Of a DNA stretch of 32,000 bases, positions 1-7,050 are shown piece by piece (position 1 is the first letter of the stretch; the number at the start of each line of letters is the position of its first letter). Below the pieces are notes generated by a model. It searched no databases and was not told the DNA's origin. It worked only from the letters and a program-made list of their open reading frames with translations. The position numbers and the translations under genes are program-made. This DNA is from an uncultured bacterium. Lineage in GTDB: Bacteria; Margulisbacteria; WOR-1; CAVSGV01. The stretch covers positions 90,001 to 122,000 of the forward strand of contig OY969425.1 of assembly GCA_963699255.1 (NCBI GenBank). Direction: 5' to 3'.

Positions 1-204
1 GGACGCGCCGTTGATGCTTTAAATAGCGTTTCAGATTCGGAAATAAACGCGAACAAACTTATCGACCAATATCTTGCAGGAAAGGTGGAACTCTCCGACG
101 TTATGGTCGCGACTTCGAAGATGACGATCGCTGTTCAGCTTGCGGTTACGACCATAACATCGGCGGTAAGTACTTTTAACCAGATAACCTCAATGGCTAT
201 TTAG
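1..204 (+). CDS. fliE: Flagellar hook-basal body complex protein FliE, C-terminal part (5' end outside window)
   Basis: Frame 1 is open from the window edge to TAG 202-204. The translation ...GKVELSDVMVATSKMTIAVQLAVTTITSAVSTFNQITSMAI resembles the conserved FliE C-terminal helix. It lies directly upstream of fliF, as in fliE-fliF-fliG operons. Confidence 0.7.
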   Translation, partial: GRAVDALNSVSDSEINANKLIDQYLAGKVELSDVMVATSKMTIAVQLAVTTITSAVSTFNQITSMAI

Positions 205-239
205 TGTAATGAAGTCGCATATATGAGAAGGATGGCACA

Positions 240-1673
240 ATGGCAGAAGATGTAACACCCGCTTCGGGGGGCAGGCAGGTAATAATAATCGCAACTGTAA
301 TAGCAGTTGTTTTTTTTACAATTTTTATTTTTGGGTTGAGATCCTGTTCAACATCGCCCGATCAAGGGGCCGGAAAACCCAAACTTCCCTCCCAGGTGGT
401 CATTTATTCAAACCTGGACCTGAAGGATTCAGCGCTGGTAATAACAAGGCTCAAGGAGCTGAAAATCCCCTATGAGATAAGGGATGAAGGCCATTCAATA
501 GCCGTTCCAAGAGGCCGGGCCGATGATGCGCGGCTCGGGCTTGCGGAAAAAAATCTTCCCGCAGGCGGGACCATTGGATGGGAGATATTTGACCAGGCCA
601 GACTTGGTGCGACCGACTTCGACAGGCGTATCCAGTTCATCCGCGCGATATCAGGAGAGCTTTCAAGGACAATAAACCGGATAAGCGCCGTTGAGGACGC
701 AAGGGTCCAGATCGTGATACCCGAGACCAGTATGTTCCAGGCTACAACATCCCCTGTCACCGGGTCCGTTCTTCTAAAGTTAAAACCTGGAGAGATATTG
801 ACCAAGGGGCAGGTTAACGCCATCGTGCATCTTGTCGCGGGGAGCGTTGAGAATTTAAAGCCTGAAAATATAACCATAATAGACACGAACGGAACTATAT
901 TAACCGGAGGCGGCGCGGCAAATGAAAACATTGCGGCGAATGAAAATGTCGCGGCGACTGAAAATGTAACAGAAAACGTTCCTGCCGCTCCGGCAGAAAC
1001 GGCGGCCACGCCAAAAGTTGAGGAAAATGCAGAAGTTGTTGTGGCAAAGGAAGAGGAAAAGGCAGCTCTGGGGATCCAGGCAAAGCTTGACCTTGAAAAT
1101 TCATTGACAAGCAAGGTTCAGTCCCTGCTCAATAAGATTTTTCCTCCAAATATCGCGATCGCCAGGGTCAATGTCGATTCGATAAAAACAAGAAAGACCA
1201 CGGTCCTTATCCTGGTAGATAAGTCCTTTAAAATGAACCCCTCCATAAAAAAATCCGCATTTGAGACCGTTTCAGCGGCGGTGGGTTATGACAGAGGCAG
1301 GGGTGACAAAATAATCATGAAGAGCGTTCCTTTTCGCGTGGGAGGGCCTGTACAGGCTCAAGCTCTGGGAGAGAAAAAGCTGGAATTATTTACTTTGGCT
1401 ACTCTTAAAACGATATACCGGAAGTATGGCAGGGAATCTGCGATCGCGATCACCGTGCTTTTTGTGCTGGTCCTGTTCTCAATGTTCAGATCATTAGGAA
1501 AGGGTAAAGGGGGGCGTACTGTTGAGGAGGCTCCCGAAGAAGCGCCCGCCATAGAAGAAGAGCAACAAGAGGAAGGGATCCCTATAGTTGATCAGATGAA
1601 AGAGCTGGCGTCGAGAAATCCGGAACTTGTGGCGCAACTAATTAAATCGTGGGTTGAGGAGGAGGGGGCTTAG
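240..1673 (+). CDS. fliF: Flagellar M-ring protein FliF (short form, 477 aa)
   Basis: N-terminal TM helix (VIIIATVIAVVFFTIFIFGL). YscJ/FliF ring-building region (IPYEIRDEGHSIAVP...ARVQIVIPE...GSVLLKLKPG). Second TM helix near the C-terminus (AIAITVLFVLVLFSMF). FliG-binding-type tail (NPELVAQLIKSWVEEE). GAAGGA Shine-Dalgarno sequence upstream of ATG 240. Confidence 0.9.
   Translation: MAEDVTPASGGRQVIIIATVIAVVFFTIFIFGLRSCSTSPDQGAGKPKLPSQVVIYSNLDLKDSALVITRLKELKIPYEIRDEGHSIAVPRGRADDARLGLAEKNLPAGGTIGWEIFDQARLGATDFDRRIQFIRAISGELSRTINRISAVEDARVQIVIPETSMFQATTSPVTGSVLLKLKPGEILTKGQVNAIVHLVAGSVENLKPENITIIDTNGTILTGGGAANENIAANENVAATENVTENVPAAPAETAATPKVEENAEVVVAKEEEKAALGIQAKLDLENSLTSKVQSLLNKIFPPNIAIARVNVDSIKTRKTTVLILVDKSFKMNPSIKKSAFETVSAAVGYDRGRGDKIIMKSVPFRVGGPVQAQALGEKKLELFTLATLKTIYRKYGRESAIAITVLFVLVLFSMFRSLGKGKGGRTVEEAPEEAPAIEEEQQEEGIPIVDQMKELASRNPELVAQLIKSWVEEEGA
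915..980. repeat. In-frame 18-bp tandem repeat (about 3.7 units) inside fliF
   Basis: GCGGCAAATGAAAACATT / GCGGCGAATGAAAATGTC / GCGGCGACTGAAAATGTA / ACAGAAAACGTT encodes AANENI-AANENV-AATENV-TENV. It sits in the low-complexity periplasmic linker of FliF. Confidence 0.85.
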
Positions 1674-2186
1674 TGTTAAAAGGGCGCGAAAGAGCTGCTG
1701 CTGTCCTGTCGCTTCTGGGAGATGAACTTTCTCAGAAGATTCTTAAGTTATCTTCCCGAAAATGACGCTGTCGCAATAATATCCGCCTCCGAACAGTTAA
1801 AGACCCCTACAAAGCAAGTGTTGCTGGATGTCGTTTCTGAATTTAATGATTACATGGTGAATGCCCAGAAAGCGCCTGTCGAGGCGGTTAAAGAAGAAGG
1901 AATAAGCGAGGCACAGCCTGTCCCCTCTGCTCAACAGGGGACCCCGCTTGATATCATTTCCAGAGCTTCTGCTCAATCTTTGGCTAAAGCGCTTGAACCT
2001 GAGAGGCCGGAGATATCCGCATATGTCCTTTCACATCTTCCGGCCGAGAAGATCTATGAGATATTGAACCTTCTTAAAGAGAATAAAGATCTGGTTGAAT
2101 CAAGGTTGCTGTCAATGAAGGATGTGCCTATTGCGAAAGAGATCGAAGATCAGGTATTGAAGAGCATATCCGAAAGGCTTACTTAA
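1673..2186 (+). CDS. fliG: FliG-like rotor protein, N-terminal and middle domains only, interrupted by a +1 frameshift (possible pseudogene or recoded gene)
   Basis: GGAGGAGG SD plus GTG 1673, overlapping the fliF stop (TAGTG), opens frame 2: VLKGRERAAAVLSLLGDELSQKILK... This is a FliG N-domain signature and it stops at TGA 1763-1765. Frame 3 (ORF-track ORF 1722..2186) continues ...LSYLPENDAVAIISASEQLKTP...ERPEISAYVLSHLPAEKIYEILNLLKENKDLVESRL, which looks like FliG N/middle ARM repeats. ATG 1722 has no properly spaced SD. The gene occupies the fliG slot between fliF and fliH. Confidence 0.7.
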
Positions 2187-2899
2187 TGGGCCTGATAAAA
2201 AAAGGGCACTTGATAGAAGCAGGCGTTCTTTATCTTACAGAACAGGCTCCTCAAGCTGAAGTTGAAGTTGAAGCAGCTCCTCCGCCGTCCACCGAAACTG
2301 AAATCCTGGAAACAATAGAAGCAAAAGAAGGCGAACTGAAAGGCGAGGAGCTGGTTGATTACGCTAAAGGCGAAGCGGAACAGATCTTAAAGAAGGCGAT
2401 GCAGGAAGCGGAGGCAATAAAGGAGGATGCAAAGCGGTCGGGACTTGAAGGCGCGCAAAGGATCGCGGAAGAAACGGCGTCAGAAAAAGTAAAAGAAGCC
2501 CTGGAAACATTGAATCAGGCGGCGATAGAAAGAAAAAAGATCATAAAGGACGCGGAAAGCGAGATACTTCGTCTCGCCTTAAAGGTGGCTGAACAGATCA
2601 TAAAATCAGAAGTGTCCCTTCACAGGGATGTGTCGTTGAATATCGTATCTGATGCGATAAGCAGGGTAAGCGACAGGGAACAGGTCATAATAAGGGTCAA
2701 CAAGGATGATGTCGAAAACATTAAAAAAAACAAAGACCGGATCAGCAGCATCGTCGATGGGATAAAAAGTCTTTCCATCGTGGAGGACGCCGGGGTGGAG
2801 CCGGGAGGATGCGTGATCGAGACGAATCTTGGTTATGTCGACGCAAGAATATCCACAAAGATAGCCGCAATAGAAGAAGCCTTCCGAAAGGTAAAGTAA
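2186..2899 (+). CDS. fliH: Flagellar assembly protein FliH (export ATPase regulator)
   Basis: 237 aa. Charged coiled-coil region (EAEQILKKAMQEAEAIKEDAKRSG) and a FliH/YscL-type C-terminus (VEPGGCVIETNLGYVDARISTKIAAIEEAF). The TAATG junction with fliG and its position before fliI support the call. Confidence 0.85.
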   Translation: MGLIKKGHLIEAGVLYLTEQAPQAEVEVEAAPPPSTETEILETIEAKEGELKGEELVDYAKGEAEQILKKAMQEAEAIKEDAKRSGLEGAQRIAEETASEKVKEALETLNQAAIERKKIIKDAESEILRLALKVAEQIIKSEVSLHRDVSLNIVSDAISRVSDREQVIIRVNKDDVENIKKNKDRISSIVDGIKSLSIVEDAGVEPGGCVIETNLGYVDARISTKIAAIEEAFRKVK

Positions 2900-4213
2900 A
2901 TGATCGACATGGATTTTGAAAAATACCACAGAGCAGTAGAGCGTGCAGACCTTGTCAAAGTCATTGGTAAGGTCGTTCAGGTCGTGGGTCTTATCATTGA
3001 AGCGCAGGTGCAGGGGGTATCCGTAGGGGACCTTTGCACGCTAAGAATCGGCAAAGGCGATGTCGAATCACATGCCGAGGTGGTCGGCTTCAGGGAGGGA
3101 AGGGTCCTGCTAATGCCTCTGGGCACAACTGCAGGGATCTCTCCCGGAAGCATGGTGATCGCGGCCGGTCATCCGCTCAAGGTCAAGGTAGGTCCCAAGC
3201 TTCTGGGCAGGGTCCTTGGCGGGCTGGGAGAACCGATAGATGATAAAGGGCCGGTCGAATATGAAACAGAGAATGCCCTTGATGCCGATCCCCCTGATCC
3301 CGTAAAAAGGCCCCGGGTGACCGAGGTTTTAAGGGTCGGCATACGGGCGATAGACGGGCTTCTTACCTGCGGAAGGGGGCAGCGTATAGGTATATTTGCG
3401 GGGTCTGGAGTAGGGAAAAGCACGCTTATGGGTATGATAGCCAGGAATGCCGAAGCGGATGTTAACGTGATATCACTTATAGGCGAACGCGGAAGAGAAG
3501 TAAGGGATTTCATCGAGGAATCTCTGGGGGATGAAGGATTAAAAAAATCCGTAGTGATCGTTGCCACATCCGACCAGCCGCCGCTCATCAGGCTGAAAGG
3601 CGCTTTCGTCGGGACGGCCATTGCCGAATATTTCCGCAACAAGGGCCTTAAGGTCATTTTGATGATGGATTCCGTGACAAGATTTGCCATGGCACAGAGG
3701 GAGATCGGCCTTGCCACGGGAGAGCCGCCGACCACAAGGGGATATACGCCGTCGGTATTTGCGCTTCTGCCGAGGCTTATGGAGAGGTCCGGCACGGCCG
3801 AGGTCGGATCGATAACGGCTTTCTACACGATATTGGTCGAGGGCGATGATTTTAATGAGCCCATTGCGGATCAATCGAGGTCGATCCTGGACGGACACAT
3901 AATACTTTCAAGGGATCTGGCCGCGAAGAACCATTATCCCGCCATTAACATCCCGCAGTCGGTGAGCAGGCTCATGACGAATCTGGTCTCCGACGAACAC
4001 AAGGAAGCGGCGGCGAAGCTGAGGGAGGTCCTTGCGAGACATGCGGAAGCGGAGGATCTGATAAATATAGGCGCTTACGTGAAGGGGAGCAACCCCAAGA
4101 TCGATTATGCGATAAGTAAGATCGACGAGGTAAATGAATTCCTGAAACAGGGGACATTTGAGCAGGTCGACTATGAGGAAACGGTCGAGAGGCTGCTCAG
4201 TATATTTTATTGA
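2900..4213 (+). CDS. fliI: Flagellum-specific ATPase FliI
   Basis: 437 aa. Walker A (GIFAGSGVGKSTLMGMI), Walker B region (VILMMDSVTRFAMAQREI) and FliI/T3SS-ATPase-type sequence throughout. ATG follows immediately after the fliH stop. Confidence 0.97.
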   Translation: MIDMDFEKYHRAVERADLVKVIGKVVQVVGLIIEAQVQGVSVGDLCTLRIGKGDVESHAEVVGFREGRVLLMPLGTTAGISPGSMVIAAGHPLKVKVGPKLLGRVLGGLGEPIDDKGPVEYETENALDADPPDPVKRPRVTEVLRVGIRAIDGLLTCGRGQRIGIFAGSGVGKSTLMGMIARNAEADVNVISLIGERGREVRDFIEESLGDEGLKKSVVIVATSDQPPLIRLKGAFVGTAIAEYFRNKGLKVILMMDSVTRFAMAQREIGLATGEPPTTRGYTPSVFALLPRLMERSGTAEVGSITAFYTILVEGDDFNEPIADQSRSILDGHIILSRDLAAKNHYPAINIPQSVSRLMTNLVSDEHKEAAAKLREVLARHAEAEDLINIGAYVKGSNPKIDYAISKIDEVNEFLKQGTFEQVDYEETVERLLSIFY

Positions 4214-4227
4214 TCAAGGAGTAGTTT

Positions 4228-4695
4228 ATGCCGCGCGAGCAAAAACCCGGAAAATTCAAATATTCTCTTGAGACCGTTCTTAAGGTAAGAGGAATAAGGG
4301 AACGCAAGGAAAAAGAGAGGTTCGCCGAAAAAGAAAGAGAATATAACACAGAAAAACTGAAGGAAGAACAGCTTGAGGAAGAAAAAACGGAAAAAGAGGG
4401 CGAACTGAAGCATATCATCAAGAAGGGGCCGATATCGGAATTCGAAAAAGTGCTCAGGCGGCACGCTCATCTCGGGGTCTTGAGGAAGGATATCGACGAA
4501 CAGATAGAAAAAGTGATAGATGCTTCTAAGCGTCTCGAGACGCAGAGGGCAAAGCTAGTTGAGTCGATGAAGGAAAGGAAGATCATGGAAAAGGACAAGG
4601 AGCATAAGCTGAGTGATTATGATATTATGATGAAAGACCTGGAGATCAAGTTCCTTGATGAAATAGCTACTGAGCGTTTTAAACGGGGGCTTTAG
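4228..4695 (+). CDS. fliJ: Flagellar export chaperone-like protein FliJ
   Basis: 155 aa and highly charged coiled coil. The N-terminus KFKYSLETVLKVRGIRERKEKERFAE fits the FliJ family pattern. AAGGAG SD lies 8 nt upstream. It sits after fliI. Confidence 0.7.
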   Translation: MPREQKPGKFKYSLETVLKVRGIRERKEKERFAEKEREYNTEKLKEEQLEEEKTEKEGELKHIIKKGPISEFEKVLRRHAHLGVLRKDIDEQIEKVIDASKRLETQRAKLVESMKERKIMEKDKEHKLSDYDIMMKDLEIKFLDEIATERFKRGL

Positions 4696-4870
4696 CTACC
4701 CGGCCCGCCTTCAGGCACTTGGTGCAGACATATTTTTTCATTATTTTATTGCCGACCAGAATTCGGACATGCTGCAGATTCGGCCGCCACAGCCTTTTTG
4801 ACTTTCTGTTCGAATGGCTTACTTTGTTGCCGACACTTGGCTTTTTCTTGCAAACAAAACAAATTCTCAT
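4679..4870 (-). CDS. rpmB: 50S ribosomal protein L28 (four-Cys, zinc-ribbon type)
   Basis: MRICFVCKKKPSVGNKVSHSNRKSKRLWRPNLQHVRILVGNKIMKKYVCTKCLKAGRV matches the L28 pattern (GN.xSHsn.ktKR.w.PNLq.vRi). The ATG at 4870 gives the canonical length of 63 aa. The 75-aa ORF in the track begins at an upstream TTG. Confidence 0.9.
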   Translation of the reverse strand: MRICFVCKKKPSVGNKVSHSNRKSKRLWRPNLQHVRILVGNKIMKKYVCTKCLKAGRVAKAPV

Positions 4871-4906
4871 GGGGCACAGTCTACCATAAGAGCCATAATA
4901 TTTCAA

Positions 4907-5037
4907 CTAGCTATGAACATGAGAGATTATACCCCATAATAAATTATGGGGAATGATGTTGGCCAATAGTTTCCCTATTCCCCACATTTGAATGTGGGGT
5001 GTTTTACGTTAGTTATATGATAAAATTGAGGTCCCTT
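4907..5037. promoter_or_regulatory. Divergent rpmB/recG intergenic control region with three overlapping palindromes
   Basis: It separates divergently oriented genes. Hairpins: CCCCATAA-taaa-TTATGGGG (4932-4951) and CCCCACAT-ttga-ATGTGGGG (4980-4999). A competing pairing is GGGGAAT(4948-4954)/ATTCCCC(4977-4983). TATAAT on the minus strand (4926-4931) is a possible rpmB -10 box. TTCAAC-17 nt-GATTAT (4902-4930) is a weak plus-strand candidate promoter. Confidence 0.4.
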
Positions 5038-7050
5038 ATGCAAAACATCCTTGTTAGGTACCTCAAAGGCGTGGGGCCGAAACTGGCCGAAATGCTGTCA
5101 AATATCGGCGTTGAGACGGTGGATGACCTGATATATTACTTTCCCCGCGAATACGAGGACAGAAGCAACCCCGTACCCATCGCGAAACTTGTGCCCGGCA
5201 GGGAAGCTATAATAAAAGTCGAGATAGTCAAAGTGTCCGGCTCGCGCACAAAAAGGAATTTCTCGATAATAAAAAGCGTCGTCAAGGATGCTTCCGGCAG
5301 CATCAAGGTCATCTGGTTCAACCAGCCGTATCTGGTGAGGATCCTTAAACCCGGAGTTTCCCTGTTCATATCGGGGAAACTTGATAGGGACCAATATTCA
5401 AGTGAGATGCTGTTCGTCCCCCGGAACTTTGATGTGATCGGCGAACTCAACAAGAACGACCTCATAGTCCCTATATACAGCCTTACCGAAGGTATAACCC
5501 AGAAGTTCTTGAGGCGTATCATAAAGGGCGCCCTTGAGCAGCGGCTGAATGAGATCGTTGATCCCTTGCCTGACTTCATCATAAAAAAATTCAAGCTGCC
5601 TCCTCTTCACGGATCTATTTCCGCGCTCCATTTCCCTTCGGATATGGGCAAGGTTTCCGTTTCAAGGCGCCGTATCGCATTCGATGAGCTTCTTATTTTC
5701 CAGCTCGGCCTTCTTTACAGTAGAAAGCAAATTGACGGGATCGCTGGTATGTCTTTTGACCCGGAGGGTGGGATGGTAGATAAGTTCAAGAAGATCTTGC
5801 CGTTCTCATTTACAAAAGCCCAGCAAAGGGTCCTTGAGGACATTGTGTCCGACATGAGATCCAAAAAAGTAATGAACAGGCTCCTTCAGGGGGATGTGGG
5901 TTGCGGCAAGACGGTGGTCGCGCTCTATGCGATGGTCATTGCTGTTCAGAGCGGATATCAGGCAGCTATCATGGGCCCGACCGAAATACTCGCGAACCAG
6001 CATTTCAATAAGATCAAAGATCTAGTCAATGATATCGGTATCGAAGTGTTTTTGTTGACCGGGACCAAGCATGGCTTAAGGAAGGAAATGTTCGAAAAAC
6101 TCGATAAGGGAGAACCGCTGATAATCGTAGGTACTCATGCTTTGATCGAAGACCCCGTGAGGTTCGGCAAGCTGGGCCTGGTCGTGATAGATGAACAGCA
6201 CCGGTTCGGGGTTGAACAGAGAGCTAAACTGCGTCAAAAAGGGGAGAACATCGATCTGCTCGTCATGACCGCGACCCCCATCCCAAGAACGCTCGCGCTT
6301 ACATTATATGGCGACCTTGACAGGTCGGTCATCGATGAAATGCCGCCCGGAAGGACAAAGATCGTTACGAGATACGTTCGAGACAAAGAAAGGCCCAGGC
6401 TCTATGAGTTTTTAAGGGGACAGATCGCGGCCGGACGCCAGTCTTATGTCGTATGTCCCCTGGTGGAAGAATCGGAGAAGATCGATCTCAAGGCCGCGAC
6501 GGAAGAGGCGGAGGTCCTGAAAAAGACATTTCCCGGATACAGGATCGGACTTATTCACGGACGAATGAAAGGGGAGCAGAAGGACAAGGTAATGAAGGAT
6601 TTTCTTAGCGGAAAGATAAATGTCCTTGTCTCAACTACCGTGATAGAAGTGGGGATAGACGTCCCTAATTCAACCATCATGATCATCGAACACAGCGAAC
6701 GTTTCGGGCTGTCCCAGCTTCACCAGCTTCGCGGCAGGATAGGAAGAGGAACAGAGCAATCGTACTGCTTCCTGACGGGATATCCGGCCAGCGATACGGC
6801 AAAAGCGAGGATAGACGCAATGCTTCGCACGACGGACGGCTTCAAGATAGCCGAGGAGGACCTAAAACTCAGAGGCCCCGGCGAGTTTTTGGGCGTTCGC
6901 CAGTCGGGTTTGCCAAATTTCCGCGTAGCTGATATAATCAAAGATGAGGAGATCATAAGAGAAGCCAGAGAAGCGGCTTTAATGCTGATACAGCAGGGCT
7001 TTTCTCCTCAGAGTTTCAACATAAAAGTTTGGGGCAATAAGCTAGAGTGA
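5038..7050 (+). CDS. recG: ATP-dependent DNA helicase RecG
   Basis: N-terminus LKGVGPKLAEMLSNIGVETVDDLIYYFPREYEDRS. Helicase motifs GDVGCGKT and VIDEQHRFGV, plus QLRGRIGRG. Start placed at ATG 5038 (GAGG SD 8 nt upstream). The ORF is also open from GTG 4999 and ATG 5017. Confidence 0.95.
   Translation: MQNILVRYLKGVGPKLAEMLSNIGVETVDDLIYYFPREYEDRSNPVPIAKLVPGREAIIKVEIVKVSGSRTKRNFSIIKSVVKDASGSIKVIWFNQPYLVRILKPGVSLFISGKLDRDQYSSEMLFVPRNFDVIGELNKNDLIVPIYSLTEGITQKFLRRIIKGALEQRLNEIVDPLPDFIIKKFKLPPLHGSISALHFPSDMGKVSVSRRRIAFDELLIFQLGLLYSRKQIDGIAGMSFDPEGGMVDKFKKILPFSFTKAQQRVLEDIVSDMRSKKVMNRLLQGDVGCGKTVVALYAMVIAVQSGYQAAIMGPTEILANQHFNKIKDLVNDIGIEVFLLTGTKHGLRKEMFEKLDKGEPLIIVGTHALIEDPVRFGKLGLVVIDEQHRFGVEQRAKLRQKGENIDLLVMTATPIPRTLALTLYGDLDRSVIDEMPPGRTKIVTRYVRDKERPRLYEFLRGQIAAGRQSYVVCPLVEESEKIDLKAATEEAEVLKKTFPGYRIGLIHGRMKGEQKDKVMKDFLSGKINVLVSTTVIEVGIDVPNSTIMIIEHSERFGLSQLHQLRGRIGRGTEQSYCFLTGYPASDTAKARIDAMLRTTDGFKIAEEDLKLRGPGEFLGVRQSGLPNFRVADIIKDEEIIREAREAALMLIQQGFSPQSFNIKVWGNKLE

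Noticed and set aside
470-1114. 214-aa antisense ORF opposite fliF. Similar long antisense ORFs lie at 3169..3795 (opposite fliI), 7088..7579 (opposite rsmD), 14498..14929 (opposite gmhA) and 17223..17756 (opposite the GT4 gene).
   Set aside because: These are shadow ORFs opposite well-supported genes. Their translations are low-complexity (Ala/Ser/Pro/Arg-rich), they have no SD or start context, and they show no recognisable family motifs.
4838-4851. Sigma-54-like TGGC-N-TTGCA motif (TGGCTTTTTCTTGCA) upstream of recG on the plus strand.
   Set aside because: The GG-to-GC spacing is 9 nt rather than the canonical 10. It also lies inside the rpmB coding sequence, so it is probably a chance match.
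4871-4906. 12-codon N-terminal extension of rpmB (TTG start, 75-aa ORF in the track).
   Set aside because: The L28 family starts at M-(R/K)-x-C. ATG 4870 gives the canonical 63 aa, and the extension has no homology-like content.
4999-5037. Upstream starts for recG (GTG 4999, ATG 5017).
   Set aside because: GTG 4999 lies inside the hairpin stem. The RecG family N-terminus begins just before LKGVGPK, and ATG 5038 has a GAGG SD at good spacing. Some uncertainty remains.
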